From the NCBI GenBank assembly GCA_944376825.1, contig CALWDY010000012.1:522-64521 (forward strand): a stretch of DNA of 64,000 nt, in the 5' to 3' direction. The notes beneath the pieces are model-generated. The model searched no databases. It was not told where the DNA came from and saw only the letters and a list, made by a program, of their open reading frames with translations. This DNA is from an uncultured Clostridia bacterium (lineage in GTDB: Bacteria > Bacillota > Clostridia > Christensenellales > UBA1242). This document shows positions 1 to 8,413 of this stretch, in pieces. Positions within the stretch are counted from its first letter, which is position 1, and each line of letters starts with the position of its first letter. Made by a program: the position numbers and the translations under genes.

Positions 1-495
1 CTGCTCTTTTTATTTTTCCCCACCTTCTGTTGTAAAACAACAGGCAATGTGAGATTTTTAAAAATAGGATTAACATCTGTTTATGTTTAATCGGTTTAGC
101 ATTAACTAACATTTTTCTATCAATAGCAATTCCATATGCAAAGCTCAATCATCACTTTACTTAAATTTCTCTATTCATGTTAATCATCTGGACTATAAAA
201 ATGAAAGAGATTTCACCATTGTCATCAATCATATTGCTATCAATTTTGACATTATCGCCAGTTGATGCAAAAATCTTTTGTTTTTGTTTTTTTTTATAAT
301 TTCCATATCATAAAAAGTAAGTTTAAATAAATCATCTAAAAAAGTTTGTAAAAGTTTATCTAATTTAGCATATAAAAATAAATCATTTTAGATAATAACA
401 AATATTACAAAGTAGTTTCATTACTAAATTTGCAATTGTTATTAGTTAATAAAAAGCGTATCTATAAAAAAATTAAGTGCCTTTAAGCACTCAAT

Positions 496-1185
496 TTAAT
501 TTTTATTATACAACTTAATTAATAAAGGAGTATACACTGCCTTAGGGAAAAATGTTTCAGGGTTAAATGTTTTTGCATATATATTTGATTCATATGAAGT
601 TTGTTTAATATTATTTAATTTTAAAGAGTTTGCATATCGCAAATCAAATTCATTAACCACATCATAAAAAACGTCTGAAATTTTTAAATTATACATTGAA
701 TTTAATTTTGCAATCATATATACAATTCAATTTTGTGACAAACCTAACAAATTTAGAATTTTATCATTTTTTGAATATGCTGTTGAAAGATAGAATAGCA
801 CAGCCGTTTTTTTCTTTTTTACAATCTGCGAGATCAATTTCTCCCATTGTAAAATAAGATATTTTTCCAGCTTTATATAATTCAAAAGATTCTTGCTTGA
901 GAAGAAACAAAAAATTGTATCCTATTACCATATTTTTTCAACGTCATAAAATATAAAACACAATTCACTATGCGACAATATCAACCTTTTTATTTTATCT
1001 CTATCATATATATATTTTAAATTAAAAAAATCATTATCTAATAAAAAACACTTTTCAATCATGTCCTCAGATATGTGTTCACCTTGAAAACAAATTACAT
1101 TCTTAGGGCATTCCTCAAAATGAAAACTGTTTAAAATTAAAAGATTAAGCCACACTTTAAATTTATTATTCTCTAATGTTACCAA
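496..1185 (-). pseudogene. Probable decayed gene. Three ORF fragments share one reading frame and are interrupted by TAA-TAG (922..927) and TGA (727..729). Weak resemblance to the neighbouring 1166..1930 product.
   Basis: Track ORFs 925..1185 and 496..717 and the start-less stretch between them are all in the same frame. Only nonsense codons separate them. A small hairpin plus T-run lies downstream at ~472..495. Confidence 0.35.
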
Positions 1186-1930
1186 TAGTATTATCTTTTT
1201 GCATTAAATTTGACACATCATCTCCTAGAAATTTTTGTCTATTACATTCTCGTGCAGCACAATATTCTTGACTAAGTTGAGGGTAGTTTTCAACCTTCTT
1301 AAAAACACTGAAATCAAATGGGGCGCCAAATATTACAAAGTCATTTTTTTTATCCTCATGTACTACTACATTATCAGTTAAATCCTTTCCTATTTTTTGC
1401 CCTTGTTCACTTACGCCTTCACAATAGATGCAATTAATGTTTGCACCCTGTTTTGTAACTTCAACAATAGACTTTGCAAAGTCTCCTATCATGTGCTTAT
1501 ACAACTTTTCCCCATGAAGCTCGCCGCCAAAGTCTTGAATTTCTTTGCCTCTATACTCCTTTGAAACACCTGTTGACCAAACATATAAACTAAGTGGTTT
1601 TTCTCCATCATAATCTAAAACATGAGAACTGTTCATATCCTTAAACGTTGCTTCACCTGCTATATATTTTGCCAAAAAGTTTTCTTCTAACGGAAAAGCC
1701 TGGAAATATCCTACCACCTTTTCTTCTTGCTTATCATATACTATTGATGTTGTTAGAATATTTTTTTGTAAAAATGACATTAAGGTGTCTCGTGGCATAG
1801 TAGTATCACCTTCATACTCGTCTGCGTCAGCTGAAAATATTTCTTCATCAAAATCTAAAATTTTAAAATATAAATCTTGTGGAATATCTCTGCCTGTCAT
1901 TGAAACAAATCGACCAGGACTATTATACAT
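1166..1930 (-). CDS. Hypothetical protein, possibly a GNAT-fold acyltransferase
   Basis: 254-aa ORF whose ATG is preceded by GGGAGGGG. VWSTGVSKEYRGKEI loosely resembles GNAT motif A. No firm family call is possible by eye. Confidence 0.4.
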   Translation of the reverse strand: MYNSPGRFVSMTGRDIPQDLYFKILDFDEEIFSADADEYEGDTTMPRDTLMSFLQKNILTTSIVYDKQEEKVVGYFQAFPLEENFLAKYIAGEATFKDMNSSHVLDYDGEKPLSLYVWSTGVSKEYRGKEIQDFGGELHGEKLYKHMIGDFAKSIVEVTKQGANINCIYCEGVSEQGQKIGKDLTDNVVVHEDKKNDFVIFGAPFDFSVFKKVENYPQLSQEYCAARECNRQKFLGDDVSNLMQKDNTIGNIRE

Positions 1931-2707
1931 ATTCCCCTCCCATTACTTAACAATATTATAACTTTATAATAATATTATAACTTCTTTATCTTTTTGTTAA
2001 ATTATATATTTTTTTTATAAAGTTTATAATTATTAGTACATTTCTTGTTTTTTAATTAAACATTTTTATCTTTTAATTTTTTATATGTTATAAAATAATT
2101 TTATGCTTTAAATTTTTGAAAATTATGCTTTGAATTGTTAATAATAAGAAAGGAATACATTTAAACTTAATCATACTTTACCTTATTACATACCAAAACT
2201 GGTGAGGTTGTTCCTAGCACCTGCTCGCTCACGGTTAATGCTTGTATTGTTCTAAAAAATGAAGTTGTCGATTTGCCGAATTATTACAAGAAAGAAATAT
2301 ATGTTTACATAAATTCCTTAAAAATAGTTGTATTGCAGGTCAACTATTGTAAATATTATGAAATGAAATTCTAAATGTTTTAAGTTGGCGATTATTTATC
2401 AGGTTGCTGATGGTTTTGGTATATCTATATTAGAATTTTTAGATAATGAAAAAATAATTTATTTTAAAACATTTAATGCATAGAGTAAATGGTCGATATT
2501 CTTTACTATATAAACTATAAAATTTTCATTTGAAGTAATCATAAATACAATTGTTGTTTTTAATATCTTTGCAAACTTATATATTTGCATTTTTTCGCCT
2601 TTTATATTATGCCAACAAATATCTATGAATAATATCCCAAACTTTATAACAATTACACAACTTAAAAATATAAAATAATAAAATTTTTAAAAATTTGTTA
2701 TTTTCAT

Positions 2708-2736
2708 TTGCATATTATTTTTATATTTGCTATTAT
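2708..2736 (+). promoter_or_regulatory. Sigma-70-type promoter of the peroxiredoxin/Fur-like operon
   Basis: TTGCAT (2708..2713), a 17-nt spacer ending in TGc (extended -10), then TATTAT (2731..2736). Confidence 0.55.
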
Positions 2737-2761
2737 CTTATTGGAAATGATTTTCAATAAG
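2737..2761 (+). promoter_or_regulatory. Candidate Fur/PerR-type operator (25-bp near-perfect palindrome)
   Basis: CTTATTGGAAATGATTTTCAATAAG has 7-bp perfect outer arms plus AAAT/ATTT inner arms. It lies immediately after the -10 and before the Shine-Dalgarno at 2783. A Fur-family regulator is encoded in the same operon. Confidence 0.45.
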
Positions 2762-2794
2762 GCAACATTTCAACAAACTTTAAGGAGGTTTATT

Positions 2795-3484
2795 ATGGAA
2801 AACAATAATTTAGAAATTAAAAAAATGCCTTTAATTGGTGACGAAGCACCAAGTTTTGTGGCAACTACAACTCAAGGACAAATCAATTTCCCTGCTGATT
2901 ACAAAGGTAAATGGGTTATCTTATTTTCACACCCTGCAGATTTTACACCAGTCTGCACAACAGAATTTATGACTTTTGGTTCAATGATGAAAGAATTTCA
3001 AGAACTAAATACTGAACTTATTGGGTTATCTGTTGATTCATTATACTCACATATTGCATGGCTTAGAAAAATTCAAGAACTTGAATGGAAAGACAAAAAA
3101 CACATTGAAGTTAAATTCCCACTTATTGAAGATATTAGAATGGAAGTGGCAAATAAATATGGTATGATTCAACCAAATTCTTCAAATACTCAAGCTGTTA
3201 GAGCTGTGTTTATCATTGACCCTAAAGGAATTATTAGAACTATATTATACTACCCTCTTTCAACAGGCAGGAATTTCGATGAAATAAAAAGAATTATTCT
3301 TGCACTACAAAAAGCTGATAAAGACAATGTTGCAACTCCTGCCGATTGGAGACCGGGAGATGATGTTATAATTCCTACTGCAGGTTCTTGTGGGACTGCA
3401 AAGGAAAGGGTGGAAAATCAAACTGACGAACAATATTGCCTTGATTGGTTTATGTGTTTCAAAAAAGAAAAAGGACAAAAATAG
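2795..3484 (+). CDS. Peroxiredoxin (AhpC/TSA family, Prx6/1-Cys-like)
   Basis: FSHPADFTPVCTTE peroxidatic-Cys motif. AAGGAGG Shine-Dalgarno at 2782..2788, 6 nt before ATG 2795. The track ORF start at 2708 is an upstream in-frame artefact. Confidence 0.85.
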   Translation: MENNNLEIKKMPLIGDEAPSFVATTTQGQINFPADYKGKWVILFSHPADFTPVCTTEFMTFGSMMKEFQELNTELIGLSVDSLYSHIAWLRKIQELEWKDKKHIEVKFPLIEDIRMEVANKYGMIQPNSSNTQAVRAVFIIDPKGIIRTILYYPLSTGRNFDEIKRIILALQKADKDNVATPADWRPGDDVIIPTAGSCGTAKERVENQTDEQYCLDWFMCFKKEKGQK

Positions 3485-3492
3485 TAATAGTA

Positions 3493-3888
3493 ATGGTTAA
3501 TAGAAATACCAAACAAAAAGAATTTGTTCTTAATAACCTAAAAAATAGATTTGATCATCCAACATCTCAAAAAATATATGATGACGCACAAAAACAAGGA
3601 ATCAAAATTGGACAAGTTAGCATATATAGAATATTAAACAATTTAGTAAAAGAAGGACTAGTTTGCAAAATTGTCACAAAAGATAATGTTGCTCATTTTG
3701 ATTTTGTAAGAAAAAATCACATTCATTTAGTTTGTAATAATTGTAATCAGATTTTTGATAAAAATTTGAGTAATGACGACAATTTAACAGAACTAATTAA
3801 AGAGTTCAATATATCAATGCAAGATGTCATTTTATATGGCATTTGCAAAAATTGCAAAAATAATAATATTAAAAAAACAATAAAATAA
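3493..3888 (+). CDS. Fur-family metalloregulator (PerR-like by context)
   Basis: Winged-helix stretch QVSIYRILNNLVKEGLV, HFDF, and paired CxxC motifs (CNNC...CKNC). Sits directly downstream of the peroxiredoxin. ATG 3493 chosen over the overlapping upstream start. Confidence 0.7.
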   Translation: MVNRNTKQKEFVLNNLKNRFDHPTSQKIYDDAQKQGIKIGQVSIYRILNNLVKEGLVCKIVTKDNVAHFDFVRKNHIHLVCNNCNQIFDKNLSNDDNLTELIKEFNISMQDVILYGICKNCKNNNIKKTIK

Positions 3889-3898
3889 TATGTTATAA

Positions 3899-3936
3899 AA
3901 AGATAATACATAATTTGATTGTATTATCTTTTATTA
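3899..3936 (+). terminator. Rho-independent terminator of the prx/Fur-like operon
   Basis: 12-bp stem AAAGATAATACA / TGTATTATCTTT with a 9-nt loop, followed by a T-rich tract. Confidence 0.6.
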
Positions 3937-4001
3937 TTGGTTAAAATTTAAATAACTAAAATGCATTTTAATAAAATATATATTTATAAATTGGATATTT
4001 T

Positions 4002-4752
4002 TTATAAATTTTTTCCTTTTTCTTCGAGATAAGCTGAATAATTACAATTATATAATGACATTTCCCTATCATCAATTTCTAATATTTTTTCTGGTATTTT
4101 ATCTAAAAAATATAAATCGTGAAACACTTTAATCTTTGCCACATAAAAAGTTTTAATATAATTTTTTAACCATTCTATTCTTTCTATGTCAAAATTATTT
4201 GTGGATTCATCTAGCAACATTAAATTTGGTCTGGTTATCAAAATTATTGCAGTTTTTTACCCACCACTTAAATTATTATAAAACATAAATAAAGTGTTTT
4301 TACTATATTTTAACCCATCCACAACTGCATTAATATTAACATTTATATAACAGCATTTGAAAAAATCTTTCAGTAATATTGCAAAATTTTTCTAATGTTT
4401 TATTATTCTTTTTAGGTAAACTTTCATTTAATAGGTTTTGCAAAGAATTTAATATTACTTCCTTTTATTAAGGTATTTAAACGCATCTTTTAATATATCA
4501 TAAATACATCTAATTCTCCTTTTACTTAAACTAACTTGATTAAGATATACTACTTTTGCATTCTTTTTATTTTTATGCTTCTTGAATCATATTTTTCTAA
4601 ACATATAATCATTATAAGAAAAGTTGATTTTTAAATATTCATTAGGTCTAACTATTTACAGAACCTCTTCTTCATTTTAAAAAAAATGAGTCATCTTTAT
4701 AAAGCTGTTTAGATCCAAAATCTTTTCAAACCTATCAACTTTAAAAAATCAT
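4002..4752 (-). pseudogene. Decayed partial copy of an ABC-F ATPase (first nucleotide-binding domain only)
   Basis: Conceptual translation across several frames matches the intact ABC-F at 15565..17205. Examples are DFGSKQLYKDDSFFLK vs DFGYGKLFENVSFSLN, IYDILKDAF vs VYDILKDSF, and NNLSGG*KT vs NKLSGGEKT. The Walker A is destroyed (DLMNI*KST). Multiple stops and frameshifts; truncated after NBD1. Confidence 0.85.
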
Positions 4753-4814
4753 TATCCAAATTTCATTTGTATAATAGTTTACATATGCTTTTTAATTTAG
4801 TAAACCCAATAAAT

Positions 4815-6200
4815 TTATTTGGCTAAGATTTTTGTAACCAATTTCCTCATATTATATATCCCATTTATTAGATCTTTTTCAGATACTGCAAAATTAATTC
4901 TTGCAACCAACTGTTCTTTTTGGGGCCACATAATAGATTGACCACACAATACTTTAATTAAAGCATCATTGTAAAAAATATCAAATAATTCATAATCGTT
5001 GGTTATTTTTTTATCACCAATGGTTTTCCCTTTTATCATACTAAAATCAAGGACAGCGAAAAAACCAGACTGAACATATTGTGGTTCTACCGCAAATTGA
5101 ATATCAAGAGTATTATAAAGTAAATCCTTGTATTTTGTAGGACCTAATATTTTATAGACTTTCCTTTTTGTTCTAGTATTATATGTTCTATTCAGTAGCG
5201 CTATTAATAACTCAAGTCTATTTTTGTATAATTTATTTAATTTTGTAAAATATTTTTCATAATATTTTTTATTTTTAACAGAAAAAGCCCCTGTAAGTGA
5301 AGATATTGTTAATAAAGAAACAGAATCTAAAGTATGAAAAATAATATCTCTCATTTTTTTTATTACATCATTATTTGCAATCAAAATACCACTTCTTAAT
5401 GCAGCCAAACCAAAACATTTAGATAAACCTAATAATGAAATTATATTATTGGACTCAAAATTTGCCATAGGAATAGGATTGTAATTAGAAAAACAAATAT
5501 CCCTATATATTAAATCATCTATTATAAAAAAATTATATTTTTTAGCTAATTGAGCTAAATTTTTCAACACATCAATTTCTTGCACCCCCAAAACTTTTCC
5601 TGTTGGATTATGTGGATTGCAATTATAAAAAAATTTAACTCTCCCTTGTTTGCCTTGCGACTGCATAGATGAATTATACTTTTTTATTAATTTCTCTATT
5701 TCTTCTATATTAAATATCCAATTTTCTTTTTGTTCTAAATTTATTGTTAAAACTGTAAAACCATGTCTTTCAGGTGTAAAATCAAAAAAACCATAATTAG
5801 GACATGGGATAATTATTGCATCTCCGCATTGACCTAATGCATCAAAAACAAGGTTATACCCGTGCGTCGTTGAATAAGTAAAAACAATATTATTGTCTGC
5901 CACATTGTTATTGTAACCGATAGACTTTAAATATTTTTTTATTATAGCTTTATCATTTAAAGAACCACAAGTCCCCATGTATTGATATAAATCTTTTCTT
6001 TTTAAACATTTTTTAATCTCTTTTACACTAAACTTATAAGGTTTAAACTTGATTGGATCACCGGTCATTAAATTATATTCTTTGCGATTTAACATATATT
6101 TTTTTTGACACATGAAATCATACATAGTTGAAACCAACTTTAATTTTTCATTTTTACAATTTTCTATACTTAAAACCGGAACATCGTTGTTAATTTCCAT
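4815..6200 (-). CDS. PLP-dependent class I/II aminotransferase-fold enzyme (aminotransferase or C-S lyase); last gene of the RiPP-like operon
   Basis: NCNPHNPTG motif and LSKCFGLAALRSG (PLP-lysine region). ATG 6200 is preceded by TAGGTG at 6-nt spacing. An in-frame GTG at 6209 abuts the stop of the upstream gene. Confidence 0.75.
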   Translation of the reverse strand: MEINNDVPVLSIENCKNEKLKLVSTMYDFMCQKKYMLNRKEYNLMTGDPIKFKPYKFSVKEIKKCLKRKDLYQYMGTCGSLNDKAIIKKYLKSIGYNNNVADNNIVFTYSTTHGYNLVFDALGQCGDAIIIPCPNYGFFDFTPERHGFTVLTINLEQKENWIFNIEEIEKLIKKYNSSMQSQGKQGRVKFFYNCNPHNPTGKVLGVQEIDVLKNLAQLAKKYNFFIIDDLIYRDICFSNYNPIPMANFESNNIISLLGLSKCFGLAALRSGILIANNDVIKKMRDIIFHTLDSVSLLTISSLTGAFSVKNKKYYEKYFTKLNKLYKNRLELLIALLNRTYNTRTKRKVYKILGPTKYKDLLYNTLDIQFAVEPQYVQSGFFAVLDFSMIKGKTIGDKKITNDYELFDIFYNDALIKVLCGQSIMWPQKEQLVARINFAVSEKDLINGIYNMRKLVTKILAK

Positions 6201-6209
6201 ACTAAACAC

Positions 6210-7463
6210 CTATAAATCATAATAATTTAATTTTTTTAATTCAAAGTTATTAAGGACATCGCTTTTTAAATAAATATTTTTTAATTTTAATAAAGGTAAA
6301 ATTTTATTTTGTTGGGATTGCATTCTACACAGCTTTAATAAGTATTTTCTATTTCCTGAGCTTTCATATAATTGCGATACATTTCTATATTCCTTACCAA
6401 AAACCAGTTTAAAATATTTAGAAGTGTAAAATATCCCATTTGAATTGCCACCCACATAATTAATTTCCAAATTTATGTCATTATCGTTAGGCTCTGCCAA
6501 CCTGCAACTATGCAATTTTACAACATATCCAAACTTTTCTAATTGTTTTTTTATTTGTAATGCTATAATTTTGTTTGGGTAAAACTCACAATATCCCATT
6601 TTAATTGAACTATTAAAAATTTTCTTCTGCATATTATTATGTTTGTCTGTTTTTTTTGAAGATTTCTGTAAGAGAAAATTGTCTTTTATTTCATAAATGT
6701 AATTTACTTTTTCCAATATTTTAATTTTATCTATACAACCAAAAATGTTTTTTCTCCACATGTCAAATTTATCATCAAAATATTTCTTATTAAATTTTAA
6801 AACAAAAAACAAATTACTGTCATTTATCGATACATTATAATTATTAATTTTGTATAACGGAAAAGTTGTGGGATTGGTCATATCTATTTTACCAGAAACA
6901 AAATCTTTTATTTCTTTTCTAGTGCTTTTTGAAACATTAAATATAATTATGTCATTATTGATATTTTTTAATTTTTTACGATAATATGTATTGCGTTTCA
7001 ATGTAATTTCTTTACGTGTACTTTTTTGTATATAATATGGACCACTTGTCAATCTATTCTTAAAGGGAGAAACATACATTAATGTTAATTTTTCCAAAAA
7101 AAACACATCTTTATTAAACAATTCAATTTGCAATTTATCGTTTATACAAGAAACATTCTTAATGTTTTCAAACAAAAATTTTGCATAACATCTATTATTT
7201 AATATATAATTTAAAGCTTCACAATAATCTTTAGCACTAACCTTTTGACCATCTTGAAAATATAAATCACTTCGTAAAACAAATTCAAAAAACAAATCTT
7301 TTTTATTAATAAATGTCTTACAAGCGTTTGGTATAATTCGGTTCCGTTTATCAAATTTGACCAAAGGATCCATTATCGCTGAATATATCAACACTCCGCT
7401 GTAATCATTTACTAAAAAAGGATTATTAGATAATGGTAATGAATCAACACATATTTTACTCAT
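6210..7463 (-). CDS. Family-5 solute-binding-protein (OppA/DppA/NikA-type) homolog lacking any signal peptide or lipobox
   Basis: SBP_bac_5-like pattern: YSAIMDPLVKFDKRNRIIPNACKTF, LRSDLYFQDGQKVSAKDY, TSGPYYIQ...ITLKRNTYY, VSGKIDMT. The N-terminus MSKICVDSLPLSNNPF has no hydrophobic h-region. Start overlaps the upstream stop (ATGA). Confidence 0.6.
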   Translation of the reverse strand: MSKICVDSLPLSNNPFLVNDYSGVLIYSAIMDPLVKFDKRNRIIPNACKTFINKKDLFFEFVLRSDLYFQDGQKVSAKDYCEALNYILNNRCYAKFLFENIKNVSCINDKLQIELFNKDVFFLEKLTLMYVSPFKNRLTSGPYYIQKSTRKEITLKRNTYYRKKLKNINNDIIIFNVSKSTRKEIKDFVSGKIDMTNPTTFPLYKINNYNVSINDSNLFFVLKFNKKYFDDKFDMWRKNIFGCIDKIKILEKVNYIYEIKDNFLLQKSSKKTDKHNNMQKKIFNSSIKMGYCEFYPNKIIALQIKKQLEKFGYVVKLHSCRLAEPNDNDINLEINYVGGNSNGIFYTSKYFKLVFGKEYRNVSQLYESSGNRKYLLKLCRMQSQQNKILPLLKLKNIYLKSDVLNNFELKKLNYYDL

Positions 7464-8413
7464 CTTTCGTTTTCCTTAAACTTAACAATCAATTCTCTAT
7501 TTAAAGACTTTACACTTTCAAATCTATCCAATAAAAAAAATATAATATCCCAAGCCATATATGTTGCTATTAAAGTATTGGTTACTCCAAAAGAACTTTT
7601 GCAAGGAAATATGTATTTAATTTTGCTTAAAGCTCTATCTAGTTTAGTTATGTAATTATTTTTATCATTGTTGTTATTAAACAGTGGACCATAATGTCCT
7701 TCAAAAACACCAACACCCCCGAAAATTACTGGTGTATTGTACTTTTTAGATGCTTTTAATATTATTTTTTGTATAAATAATGGTGGAGTATCTGCAGCAT
7801 TAACAATTATGTCTATATGATTTTTATCAAGTATTTCAATCAAATCTTCTTCTTTTGATATAAATTTGTTATAACACATAACGCTTGCCTCATTTGAAAC
7901 AGATTTTATGTATTTTTTTAATACTTTTGTCTTTAACTGTCCTATTTCCTTCATTTTGTATACAAATTGCCTATTTAAATTAGAAATACTTATCTTATCA
8001 AAATCTATAATTACATATTTTTTAATGCCAACAGCAAGAAGTTGATTTATTATCTCCGAACAAATCCCCCCAGCACCAACAAAAAGAACTGTTTTTTCTT
8101 GCAATAATGATATATTATTAATATTATCAAAATTATGCATAAACAATTCAGTTCGTTCTGTACTGGTTTGAAACGATTTTATTATATTTTCTGGCGCCTC
8201 TTCCAACACTTCATTATTTACCAAAAACTCAAATGTTTTTTGAGAAAAATCTTTATCATCAATGATAGAAAAAGATTTTGAAAGATTGACCAACAGATTA
8301 TAATCTTTTTCAGGTAAACAATGCCTAATTGTTACTTGATTGTTTTCAAATAAAATTGTATTATCGCCCATAAATAACATCTTTTTTGCATCATTAAAAA
8401 TATATTTACTCAT
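7460..8413 (-). CDS. E1/ThiF/MoeB-like adenylyltransferase with a ~100-aa N-terminal extension (peptide-clamp/RRE-like)
   Basis: VLFVGAGGICSEIINQLLAVGIKKYVIIDFDKISISNLNRQF is the Rossmann GxGGxG plus NLNRQ signature, and NAADTP is present. The N-terminal part is predicted beta-rich (TILFENNQVTIRH). 8-nt overlap with the upstream gene. Confidence 0.75.
   Translation of the reverse strand: MSKYIFNDAKKMLFMGDNTILFENNQVTIRHCLPEKDYNLLVNLSKSFSIIDDKDFSQKTFEFLVNNEVLEEAPENIIKSFQTSTERTELFMHNFDNINNISLLQEKTVLFVGAGGICSEIINQLLAVGIKKYVIIDFDKISISNLNRQFVYKMKEIGQLKTKVLKKYIKSVSNEASVMCYNKFISKEEDLIEILDKNHIDIIVNAADTPPLFIQKIILKASKKYNTPVIFGGVGVFEGHYGPLFNNNNDKNNYITKLDRALSKIKYIFPCKSSFGVTNTLIATYMAWDIIFFLLDRFESVKSLNRELIVKFKENER

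Noticed and set aside
2185-2260. Short GC-richer patch (…CTGGTGAGGTTGTTCCTAGCACCTGCTCGCTCACGGTTAATGC…) in the long 1931..2707 intergenic region; considered as an sRNA, riboswitch or gene fragment.
   Set aside because: Only weak local pairing (GGTG…CACC), no recognisable RNA-family signature, and no ORF with a start or Shine-Dalgarno. I cannot support any call from the sequence alone. A genome-wide BLASTN or Infernal scan would be needed.
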